Shown here: positions 20,983 through 31,300 of the stretch, one piece after another
Numbering within the stretch: position 1 is the first letter of the stretch
Layout of the letters: each line of letters opens with the position of its first letter
DNA from: Chrysochromulina tobinii
Lineage: Eukaryota
DNA: 36,115 nucleotides
Direction of reading: 5' to 3'
Assembly (NCBI GenBank): GCA_001275005.1
Contig: JWZX01003096.1
Coordinates: 1-36,115 of the forward strand
Notes under the pieces: model-generated
Seen by the model: only the letters and a program-made list of their open reading frames with translations
The model's database searches: none
Told to the model about the DNA's origin: nothing
Program-made: the position numbers and the translations under genes

Positions 20983-22985
20983 TCACTGAGTGCGTTGGGC
21001 TTTGCCAATGGTGGCCACACCACCGTCCAGCACACGTGGCGCTGCAGCCGGCCGCTGCGCCGCGCTTTGTCGCCACGCATGCTCGCAACTCCGATTGAGG
21101 GGCGTGAAGAGGGCGCGCGGTGCCGGCCTCGGGCGGCCCTGCGCGTCGTAGAGAGCGCAGCTAAAGAAGGTGCGCAGCTCGTCGGCATCCTTGAACTTGT
21201 GGAACGCAGCCGGCGTGGTCGAGAGGGGCCAGCGCACCCAGTCCTCGCCTTTGGCATGCAACTTACGGTACTTGAGCGGCCCATGCTGGTAGAGGCAGCC
21301 GATGTTAAGCACGCTCACACCTGCCTGCTTCTTGAGTGCAAAGGCGATGGTGACATCCTCGCCACCGTACGTGAAGCGGTCCACACGTGCCAGGAAGGCA
21401 GGGTACTCGGCGGCCACGAACGTCTGCAGATGAGCGAGCGCGGAGCGTGAAAGGCCGTAGCCGGCGCCCCCCGCCGCATGGCAAAGGGCAAAGGAGGCTA
21501 CCCGGCACGATGCCATCCCAAAGAGTAGAGGCTGCTCGTACCTGACGACAGACGCAATCAGAGGTCATCCCAAAGAGTAGAGGCTGCTCGTACCTGATGA
21601 CAGACGCAATCAGAGGTCATCCCAAAGAGTAGAGGCTGCTCGTGCCTGATGACAGACGCAATCAGAGATCATCCCAAAGAGTAGAGGCTGCTCGTACCTG
21701 ACGAGGCAGGTCATCAGAGGCCATCAGAGGTCATCAGAGGTCATCAGGGGCTGCTCGTACCTGATGACGGACGAACCAGACGCACTCAAACGCAGTCAAA
21801 CGTGAGGGCAGTCGTACCCGACGAAAGCCATCCAACTCGCCGAGCGATGCGGGGCGCGATCAGACGAAATCAGACGTCTGGGCGGTCGTACCCGACGATG
21901 TCATCCAACTCGCCGAGCAGCCGCAACAGATGGTGGGGCACGGGCACGGTGTCTGGATCGAGCTTGAGGAAGACTAGCTTCGGCGGCGGGTTGGGGTGGC
22001 TCGAGTTGGAGAATGAGACCGGAGCCAGGCGCCCATGGCCACTGCTACCACCACTCCCATCCACGTCATCTGCTGCCACCACGTCATCTGCTGCCACCAC
22101 GTCATCACCGTCGCGACCGCGAACTCCTCCGCTGCCACCTCCGCCGCTGCTTCCCACGCCAAAGCGGCGCGCCATTGCCACGAAGAGGTGAAGCACCTTG
22201 CGGCGCGCGAGCCAGCCCTCGCGCACGCCCGTGCAGCCCCCTCCCGACCCGGCAGCCTGGCATCGCTGCGCCCGACAGTCCTGGCACCGATACACGTGTA
22301 CAGTCACCGAGCCACCTGTGCTCGGCGCAATGGCGGCGGCATCGCGCGGGTCGTCGCCGTCGGTCATGAGCACAAGGTCAGCGCCGCGCGTCATCTGGAG
22401 CCACGTGTCCGCGGCCGCCTGCAACAGCCGATGTTCCGCATCGGACTCGTGCACTGCCATACCGAGCACCACTGAGCTCCACCCTAACCGTGGGTGGAGC
22501 GGCATGCTCGCCTGCGCCGCTGCTTCGCACCGCGACTCCAGCGCACCCGTGCGATCAACACATCGCCTCTCTACCGAGCGGGCGCACGCGAGGACGCGCT
22601 CGCGCGCCGGTGGCTCGGCAGTGCCCTGTCCGCCCGATTGAGAAGAGCACCGAGCATGAGCATCGCGCACGTCCTCGAGCTCGAGGCATGGTACATTGCG
22701 CGGCAGCACCAAGTGAAACGTTTCGCCCTCGTTTTCCAATGAGCGTCTCGCCGCACGTTTGACTAGCCTCCGATGTTGTGTGGAGCTCAACGATGCCGCC
22801 GGCTCGGGCAGCGGTGGCAAGGGTGAAGAGTCGTTCAATGGCGCAATATTTGGCGCACTATGATTCGTGCTGACGGCAGGCCTGCGTAGTGGACTGACTG
22901 GCGGCAGAGCCGATAGCCATCTTCCCCATAGCGTGACGGAAGCTACTGTCGTCGCACAGACTAGGAGGCGAGGATGCCATCGCAT
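20983..22985 (-). CDS. GT31 (fringe / core-1 beta-1,3-galactosyltransferase-like) type II membrane glycosyltransferase; exons 22985-21892 and 21541-20983
   Basis: N-terminal signal anchor (MRWHPRLLVCATTVASVTLW), AAADTW, FLKLDPDT (DxD motif), GGAGYGLSRSAL, GEDVTIAFAL and AFHKFK. Splicing gives DIVG|YEQPLLFG in frame. Confidence 0.88.
21514..21767. repeat. 52-nt tandem repeat x~4 (starts 21514, 21566, 21618, 21670), then 10-nt TCATCAGAGG x4 and a partial fifth copy
   Basis: Unit catcccaaagagtagaggctgctcgtacctgacgacagacgcaatcagaggt read directly; it spans the intron/exon 2 boundary. Confidence 0.95.
21542..21891 (-). other. Spliceosomal intron, 350 nt, phase 2, repeat-filled
   Basis: GG|GTACGA donor and TCAG|GTACGA acceptor; removal restores the GT31 reading frame. 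Confidence 0.88.
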
Positions 22986-23403
22986 CGAGGGCCGCTGCAA
23001 CGTGAAGAGGTTGCAGCGGCTGTGAAAGAGATATTGGTTTGACGAGGCGAAGCCGCCCAAGAAGCCGCCCCCACGATATCGAAACCGACACAGAGGATAC
23101 GTGAAGTAGTGAAGTGATGTGGTGCTGTTCAACACAACGCGCAGACCTCCGGACACGCGGGGAGCCGCTATGAAGAAGTGCCCCCTTAGGCGCCACGAGA
23201 GTGCTATGGCGTTGACAGGCACCCGCACTCCGTGCTCGGCGCGCGCCCGGACTCCATTCTTCAGGCAATAGCCAATACAATGACTTGAGTTTCCGGCTTG
23301 ACGATTCTGACTAAACCCATCAGAAACGTGTTATTGTCGGTTTCTTTCTTTGCGCGCCGGGGGACTACTTTCCGACGACGTTCCATCGTGCGCACCTCCT
23401 AGG

Positions 23404-24729
23404 ATGGGTTGTGGCGCGAGCACTGCGGCCCCGGGCTCTGGCGATGGCAAACCGATCCAGATGAAGGACCATGCCCTGAAGAAGGGGATCATGCTTGCTG
23501 GGAAGGGCGAGAAGGGCAAGTACAGCATGCCGGCACTCTTTGCGCAATTTGACGCCGACGGCGATGGCAAGCTCGACATCTATGAGCTTGCGCGTGCCTT
23601 CCGTGCGATCGGCCTCGAGAAGCGCCAAGGCGGGGATTCTGACATGGACAAGGCAACGTTCAAGTCGTTTGGTACAGACAAGGACGGCTACGTGGACATG
23701 AAGGAGATCGACGCCAACATGAACGACAAGCTGCGGGCAAAGATCGAAAAGAAGATCGAAATGGGCTGGGAGTTCGACAAGGAGAAGTGGGATGCGTCCG
23801 TAAAGCGCCACAAGAAGTGGGACATGAAAAAGATCTTTGCGCAGTTCGACGCCGACGGTGACGGCAAGCTCGACATCTACCAGATTGCGCGCGCCTTCCG
23901 TGCCCTGGGCCTGCCCAAGCGCGATGGCACGAAGATGGAGATGGACAAGGAAATGTTCAAGTCGTTCGACACGAACGGCGATGGCTACGTGAGCATGGAG
24001 GAGTTCGATAAGAACCTGAAGCCGAAGACGCGCCGCAAGATCGAGAATATCCTCGAGGCCGGTTGGACGTTTGACAAGGCGGCGTGGGAAGCGTCGGTGG
24101 CCCGCCACAAGAAGTACGACATGAAGCAGATCTTTGCGCAGTTCGACGCCGACGGTGACGGCAAGCTCGACATCTACGAGATCGCGCGCGCCTTCCGTGC
24201 GATGGGCCTTCCCAAGCGCGATGGCGAGAAGATGGAGATGGACAAGGCCATGTTCAAGTCGTTCGACACGGACGGTGATGGCTACGTGAGCATGGAAGAG
24301 CTCGATGCGAACCTGAAGCCGAAGACGCGCCGCAAGATCGAGCTCGCCCTCGAGGCCGGTTGGAAGTTCGACAAGCCGACGTGGGACGCGTCGGTGGCCC
24401 GCCACAAGAAGTACAACATGGCGGATATCTTCAAGGGCTTTGACACCGACGGCGATGGCAAGCTCACCATGCGGGAGTTCCAGCGCGCCTTCCGCGCGAT
24501 GGGCTTGCCCAAGCGTGATGGCACCAAGATGGAGGTCGACAAAGCCATGTTCGACTCGTTCGACACGGACGGTGACGGCTACATCTCGCTCGTCGAGTTC
24601 CAGGAGAACATTCAACCGAAGACTCGCAGGAAGATTGAGCTCAAGCTGGAGTCGGGCTGGAAGTTTGACGAGATTAAGTGGGCAGAGTCGGCCGAGCGCC
24701 ACAAGGATGATCCGAAACCCGGCGCATGA
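23404..24729 (+). CDS. N-myristoylated/palmitoylated (MGCGAS) EF-hand Ca2+-binding protein, 441 aa, with four 99-aa repeats and 8 EF-hand loops
   Basis: ATG at 23404 gives MGCGASTA. Loops DADGDGKLDIYE and DTDGDGYVSMEE recur with a 297-bp period. Strong GC3 codon bias. Confidence 0.93.
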   Translation: MGCGASTAAPGSGDGKPIQMKDHALKKGIMLAGKGEKGKYSMPALFAQFDADGDGKLDIYELARAFRAIGLEKRQGGDSDMDKATFKSFGTDKDGYVDMKEIDANMNDKLRAKIEKKIEMGWEFDKEKWDASVKRHKKWDMKKIFAQFDADGDGKLDIYQIARAFRALGLPKRDGTKMEMDKEMFKSFDTNGDGYVSMEEFDKNLKPKTRRKIENILEAGWTFDKAAWEASVARHKKYDMKQIFAQFDADGDGKLDIYEIARAFRAMGLPKRDGEKMEMDKAMFKSFDTDGDGYVSMEELDANLKPKTRRKIELALEAGWKFDKPTWDASVARHKKYNMADIFKGFDTDGDGKLTMREFQRAFRAMGLPKRDGTKMEVDKAMFDSFDTDGDGYISLVEFQENIQPKTRRKIELKLESGWKFDEIKWAESAERHKDDPKPGA

Positions 24730-24825
24730 AAAGAGTATGACCATGTATCCGGATGACAACGATCTGAATCTTGGAGCGCGAGATGCTGCAAGATACCGCT
24801 CGTGCCTGGTTTCCAGGTTTCTGGT

Positions 24826-24936
24826 TTGGCGCGGCATGCAGTTCGCGTGCTTGCCGTGGGCATGATACGGCTCGGGCGCTGCTTGGGCGTGGGTTCCAGG
24901 GTTGGCGCGACATGCAGTTCGCGTGCTTGCCGTGGG
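24826..24936. repeat. Direct repeat (~35 nt x2) in the 3' flank of the EF-hand gene
   Basis: ttggcgcg(g/a)catgcagttcgcgtgcttgccgtggg at ~24826-24860 and ~24902-24936. Confidence 0.85.
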
Positions 24937-26340
24937 GGTGCGATGATGAATCCGCGAAGGTAGAATTAGCCTTAGCGGCGAAGATGGGTCGTGGTTAGGG
25001 CATGTCTTGTCGGAACCGTGTTTCAGAGCCGAGAGCGAACACCGCGCATCGGAGATAAGATGCTGTCTGTGCTTCGTTACCGTATCGCGTATGCCGGTAT
25101 GCGTCTCAGTCGCGCTCCCGATCGTCGTGTCGCACTCGCGGTGGTGTCATGTCAGGCGCGTGGCGGACTGGCCGTCAACTGGCCGGGTCTGCATCGCCAT
25201 GGAGCACGGTCTGCGTCGGCACGCGTCGACCGGAGTCGACGGTACGCGAGAGCGATATACGGATCGATGGGCTAGGCCGGCTTGCATGGGCGGTCGGCGA
25301 GGCGCACTGAGTGGGCCGGTTGCGTTTCCAACGATGTTCGGTTGTTCGCCAAATCGAAACCAAGCCCGAGGTCGTGGCCGCGCGCGCAGTCCGCGCTCCG
25401 CGGCGGTCCGCCCCTCCGCCGCCCGGCGCTCGCGCGCGACTCAACGCGTGTTCGCGCGGGGGCGGCATGGGGCGTTCCGTGCGGCTTGTGCTTCCTCGTT
25501 CTCGGTTCTCCATCCTCGTCGCTCGTGGGCCCTTCGTGCGCGACCTCCCGGCACCAGCGCGGAGCGCGCGGGGCCGGCCGGCCCGCATCGCCACCTAATC
25601 GCCACCGCGCACCGGGACGCCGGCGCGGGAGCGAACGCGACGGGGGCGCAGTCCGCTGTCTGCCTGTCCGTCCCTGAGCGCGTCCTGACTCCTCAGACCC
25701 GGAGACCGCTGCCCGCGGTAGCGAGCTGTGCCTAGCCTCATTATGTCCTGTGGAAACGATCATTGGGAATGCACATTTTCATACATTATAGCGTCGTCGC
25801 GAGTCGCTCGCACGTGCCGAAGGTTCGTACGGACCCGGCCTATCGTACGTCGTACGAGCCCCCTCGATACGGACATACCGCTCATCGTGCGTATACGCGC
25901 CGCGCGTGGACGTAGTAAGTGGCGTATCGCCGCGCGTGGTACGTCGATCACCGGTCCGCGGCGGGTGCTCTTGGGTGCTCGCGCGGCAGGCCGGGGACCG
26001 GGCGTGGGGGGCGGGGCGGGGGGCGAGGCGCAGTGGCGCACGCAAGGGTCCTTAGAAGCACGATCCGGTGGGGCTCCCACACAAAATTATACTCGTCCCC
26101 GGCGTGCTGCGCGCTGGTGCATCCCAGAAACCACCGATGGCGAATGGGCCGATGCGGGGTGGAGGTGTTGTTCGACAGCACGGACGGGAGACAGGTGCAA
26201 CTTCCTCGACGACCCGCTAGGCTGCATGTAGCTTTGTTTACGCGTACCGGCTATGTGGAGTTAGTGTGGAGGCTTGTGCGCTCTGGGGCGGGGCCCACAT
26301 CAGTGGGGACGCAGGACCTGGAGGTCACGTCAGTCGCGGC

Positions 26341-27768
26341 TCAACTCGCAAACGCGCGCTGATCGAGATAAGTCGCAAACACGCGAGCGCTTCTCAGATG
26401 ATGCCCCCTTGTCGGTTTGGGGTTGCGTGCATCCGAGTACGTACGGCAGACCGAGCGCGAGCGCGGGCCGACCATGAGCGTGCAAAAGTACGAGCCCGAG
26501 CACAGGGAGCCTTGGCGCGTCTCCCAGAGGCTGGGCCTGTGTAGGTCGAGGACACGTGGCACATGGCCCTGCTGGAGCGCCGTAGTGAGCGCGAGCATTC
26601 CCAGATCGGTCGCGAGATTCGCCGCGAGCACAAGCGGGGCAGCGAGCAGCCGCGCCGTCACGAGAATCTTTTCCGCCTCGGACTCGAACGACGTCAACAC
26701 CCAGCGCACCAAGCCTTGGGGCCTGCGTAGCGGCGGGAGCGTCCTAGTACGTGGCGTCTCCTCGCGGCGAGGACCTACACAGGCCCAGCCTAGGTGAGAC
26801 GAGGCACGATTGCAGCCGGCAGTGTGGGCAGCGTCCTCATGGGCAGCGTCCTCGTGGGTAGCGTGGGCCGCGTCCTCGTGAGCGTCCTCGCGGCTAACGT
26901 TGTGAAGCGCCACAAGCGTCACGTTCGGGTTCGCAGCCGCGAGCATCTCGACAAAGGGCTTGTCGTCGCTCACCACCAGCACAAGTAGCTCGCCCATCTC
27001 CCGCAGGGCGCGGGAGGCCTCCTCCTGCAGCGTCTGCCTTGCCTGCTTCGAGGCGGCTAGATTCGTGTGCTGTAGGCAGAGGCTCGCCCCGTAGCTTCCA
27101 AGGCGGTGGCGCAGAGCCGCCACGCGTGCCTCGACGGGTGCCCTCACCCTCAGCAGCTCAGAGGCAATCACCGAGGCAACCTCGGTTGCAGGCGCCTGGC
27201 GCAGTCGATGTAGCGCAAGTCGATATAGCGCATTTTCGGGACTCCACCATCCGCTTTGGTTCTGACGCGGCCTATAAGAAATCCTGCCGTGCGTCGGCCT
27301 GCAGACCGCGTCTTGGTGAAAAGGCTCGAGGAGGCCGCAGCCGAACTCCGCGGCCGGCGAGCCGATTGCGTACCCAGCCTTCACTGCCGCCTGCCTTTCC
27401 GTCGGATGACACGCCGTGGCGATTGGATTCGAGGACGGAAGTCTCGGGCTGCGCCCTTGCAGGATTTCACGCACGAAATGATCGGCGACGAAATTGATTT
27501 CGGCACTAAAGTCGTGGCCAGGGCGCTTCAGCAAATCAAGCGGGTGTGACTTTCGGCCGTTGCACAGCATAATGCGCACATCCATTTCCGTGGTCTTGCG
27601 TGAGGGCATCCCGCAACCCTGCATAGTGTTGATCACCTTGGCACCAGCCAACGTACCCGAGATAAAGTGCTCGAACAGCCAGGTAAGTATGCCGTGGGTG
27701 AGCGACACGTGAAGGAGCAGTGTGGCGGCGAGCGCGATAGCGGCCATCACGATGCGCAGTGGCGTCAT
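26341..27768 (-). CDS. Signal-anchored protein (~475 aa) with weak resemblance to alpha-1,6-fucosyltransferase (GT23/NodZ/FUT8-like) enzymes
   Basis: Hydrophobic N-terminus MTPLRIVMAAIALAATLLLHV. Segments ELLRVRAPVEARV, VLVVSDDKPFVEML and ILVTARLLAAPLVLAANLATDLG fall in the order of the FUT8 motifs, judged by eye. HEDAAH x3 insert. Confidence 0.55.
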   Translation of the reverse strand: MTPLRIVMAAIALAATLLLHVSLTHGILTWLFEHFISGTLAGAKVINTMQGCGMPSRKTTEMDVRIMLCNGRKSHPLDLLKRPGHDFSAEINFVADHFVREILQGRSPRLPSSNPIATACHPTERQAAVKAGYAIGSPAAEFGCGLLEPFHQDAVCRPTHGRISYRPRQNQSGWWSPENALYRLALHRLRQAPATEVASVIASELLRVRAPVEARVAALRHRLGSYGASLCLQHTNLAASKQARQTLQEEASRALREMGELLVLVVSDDKPFVEMLAAANPNVTLVALHNVSREDAHEDAAHATHEDAAHEDAAHTAGCNRASSHLGWACVGPRREETPRTRTLPPLRRPQGLVRWVLTSFESEAEKILVTARLLAAPLVLAANLATDLGMLALTTALQQGHVPRVLDLHRPSLWETRQGSLCSGSYFCTLMVGPRSRSVCRTYSDARNPKPTRGHHLRSARVFATYLDQRAFAS

Positions 27769-28366
27769 TGCGTCAAAAGTGTTGCAGTGGTGCAGAGGAC
27801 ACGGCCGTGTCGACCTGGCCGTGCTGCTGCTGCTGTGAAACACACAACGCGCGCGCTCTCCGGACCCCCAAGCAGCACGACCTGGCCGTGTCCTCACACG
27901 ATGCCGCTCGGAAAACTTGATAACAAAAGGTCAGCTGCGTGGAAGAGTCAGGAAGTCAGTGTCACCGGCTCACAAGGGATCTGATCCCTGCCGCTCGCTG
28001 CCCGTAGATGCTGCTGTGCGGGATTGTGACAGATGATCAGGAGCGGGGGCTAAATTGGTTGATTGATGATACATGATTCCAATCCTTTATTTATAATTAT
28101 ATAGCTTAGACGTTAGATACGTGAGGATGCAGGATCCGAGCCCGAGCGGCGCTGACAGGAGTCAGGACGCAGGACTCCTAATTCGCCTATATACTACGAA
28201 ATACTAAACCTCCGACGACGACGGCTGCAGCGGAATCACAGCAGGGCTTGTTTCGAGAGGACGTAGGCGGCTAAGACGTAAATTGATGGACGAGGTAGAG
28301 TCTGTGGGGTCACTGCCCAAACTTCTCGTGCTTCACCACTGGGCGCGGAGCCGGACGCACGCCGGC

Positions 28367-31300
28367 TCACCACGTGCCCACGCCCGAGCGGGTGCCATGG
28401 GCGCCCATGAAGCGTGGCATCGGTTGCAGCCCCTCGGGCGGCTGCGCCACTGCCGCGCCGGACACCTGCGCCAGAGGAGGCATGATGCCTCTACCGGGGC
28501 CGCCAAAGGTGCGTGCGCTACCAAGCGTGCCATACGCCGACGGGAAGCTGCCCTTAACCGGCGCTTCGTTCGCGGCCGGTGCAGCGGCGGTGGTGCTCCT
28601 GCTCTTTTTGCGCGGCCGGTGCGGCGGCCGCGGCAACAGCGTATCAAAAGCTTCCGTCATTCGGTCTTCCAACGTCTGAGGATCCGCCTCCTTGAGCCGG
28701 CGGAGCTTCCTGAGCCCGCCGTCAACGAGGCGGAGGTTCTCGAAGCCGCCAGCACCGCCGAGCGGCCCAAGAGCTGGCAGTTCCCGCGCTGAGCGAGCGC
28801 CATAGCGCGAGCGCTCCTCAGCCACTTGCAGGGCGAGCTCGACGTCACGCCGCGCGCGCATCGGGTTGAGGGTCGCGGCGGCGGTGAGCACATCGGCCTT
28901 GCGCCGATGCACCTCCACCGCATCGTGTAGCACGCGCAGAGAATCGTCTAAGGCTGCCGCGTCACGTGCATGGCGAAGCAGCAGTGCCGCGCCGCCACCA
29001 ACACCAACACCGCCACTGCCCTCGTCGAACGTCACCCGCTGCGACCGGCCGTCGCCGCCGCGTGCAGAGACTGGTGCCGCGAGGATTGGAAGTACTACGC
29101 GATTGGCTTCTGCGGCAACCTCCTCTGCGTGATGCTCTAGCCGCTGCACGCTCTCAAGGAGCCTCTGCTGCTGCTGCTCATGCAGGCGCCTCTCGAGGAG
29201 GACAGCTTGTCTGCTTGGCATGCGCACCTGTGTGGGCAGCTCGTCTGCGGGGGCTCCCGCCCATGCGACGCCGCCCCGTGCCGTCTTGCGCCGCTGCGCC
29301 GCGTACGCATCCCAATCAATGCTCATGGATGTAAAGCGCATGTGTGGCGGCAGGTTGGCGCGCGCTGGATCGTTGAAGATCGACGTGCTTCCGCGATATT
29401 CCTGTTTGAATTCACCGCTTTCACGAGCAGGTGCTGCAGCAGGCGCTGCAGCAGGCGCTGCAGCAGGCGCTACAGCACGTGCTGCAGCAGACACCGCAGC
29501 AGGAGCATCCCGCCAAATCTCACCTCCGCTTCCCATATCATGAGATGTGATCTGGCCATCGTCAAACTCAACAGTGACGCTGCCATCGCCCTGCACCTTA
29601 ATGATTGTGCCATCATAGAATCGCCCAGCTATGCGCGATTTGCTGTACAACAGATTTAGGACCGAGACGCGCTTCCCAATATAGAGCTCCTCCGCCGGCG
29701 AATGCACCGTCCTCGTAGAAGCAGGCGCACCGGCAGGGGCAGCGGCGGAGGCTGGGGCACTGTGCGGTGAGGCCTCCACAGGCTGCAGGCGTGGGGTACC
29801 GCGCGGCCCGCCGCGGCCTGGCAGGATGACGCTCGAAACGCCACCAATCACGCGTAGTCGGCGCGAGCCTTTGGTTGACAAGGCATCGGCGCCAGGCGAT
29901 GCAAGAACCGGCATTAGGTTGAGGACAACAGGATATCTGCCATCCCGCGTGGATACCCGAATTGATAGCTGAAAGGGCACCTCCACCGCCCCTGCAGCTA
30001 TTGCGGTCAAAGTCGATTCAGGGGAGGGCTCCGCCACTTCAATATTCCCGGGCGACCCCGCCACCACCTTTGCTGCCTCGGTCTTGGACAAAAGCTTGCT
30101 GCCAAACGCCTTGACTTTGGCCTTGGTCGATGCAGCTGCCGATTCGGCCATCCTCTCAGCCGCGTTCTTTTCCGCCGCCCACGCCACCGTTCTAGCCACG
30201 GCCTTCTCCGTCTCCCTCACCTTGAGTCTCAAGTCCATTATTGAAGGGTCCACAAACGGTTCGGCAGCAGGCGATAGTGCATCGCTGGATGCCACCGCAA
30301 CCTGAACCTCGGAGGAGGCAGCTAGTGGCGGGGGCGTGGGCGGCGGCGGGGATGGCGACACGTCGTTATCGCCGGACGCCTTCGCCCCCCGCTCAACCTG
30401 CCCGTCGGCGGGCGGCTTCTTGCGCCGTTTGGGCGGATGCTTCATCACGACGCCCGGCGCCTTCTTGCGTGCGATGCGACCTCGATGCGCCGCCGCAATC
30501 TTGGTTTGCGCCGCGTCCACGGCCGCAAGCCCCACCCTCGCCACCGTAGTCGCCACAATCACCCTCACCACCGTCTTCGCTTTTCCCAAGTTCTTATTGC
30601 GACGCTTAAGCTGAGAACCGTTGGCGGGCGGGGAGGCGGCAGCTACAGGCGGCGTGTCCTCCTTCCACTGGGCGACGGCAGCGGGCACAGGTGGCTTCTT
30701 GCGCCGTTTGGGCGGGTGCTTCATCACGACGCCCGGCGCCTTGTTGCGTGCGATGCGACCTCGATGTGCCGCCGCGATCTTGGTTTGCGCTGTTTCCGCT
30801 GCCGCAAGCCCCACCCTCGCCACGACCGCAGCCACCGCCACCGCAACCACAGCATGTGCCTTCTGCCAGTGCTTGTTGCGCCGCTTAATCGGATGCTTCA
30901 TAACGAGGCCCGGAGCCTTCTTGCGAGCCACGCTGCCTCGATGTGCCGCCGCAATCGTCGTTTGCGCCGCGTCTTCGCTCATGGGTTCGCGAGGGAGCCC
31001 GCGCGGCGGCGGTCCAGGCGGCGGCTTCGCCACCAAGGAATTATGTCGATCCGAGTCCAGTCGGAGCACGTTGGCCGCCCGGGCAACGCCCGCTGGCGCC
31101 CCGTGCGGGGGCGCATCACGCAGCTCGACGAGCAGAATTTGCTTAGCCTTGGGGGCAACGCGCTCGGCGTCAGGCACGCTCGAGAGGACTGCATTTTCCA
31201 TGTGCGCCTTCATGTTGTACGATCGGATGAGCTGAATGGAGGCCGCTTCGAGGCGTGCGCGGCTCTTGGCGACGCCGTCGAGGTCGGCGGCGCGGCATGC

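Noticed and set aside
21514..21767. 52-nt periodic repeat resembling a CRISPR array
   Set aside because: The units are contiguous with near-identical 'spacers', no cas genes are present, the context is eukaryotic, and the unit is an intron/exon junction.
22986..23403. N-terminal extensions of the GT31 ORF (to 23228) and the EF-hand ORF (from 23350)
   Set aside because: They rely on GTG/TTG starts. Downstream ATGs give a proper signal anchor and an MGC acylation motif, so the interval is better read as a divergent promoter and UTR.
23365..24837. 490-aa antisense ORF over the EF-hand gene
   Set aside because: It is the in-register mirror of a strongly GC3-biased gene and has no independent protein features.
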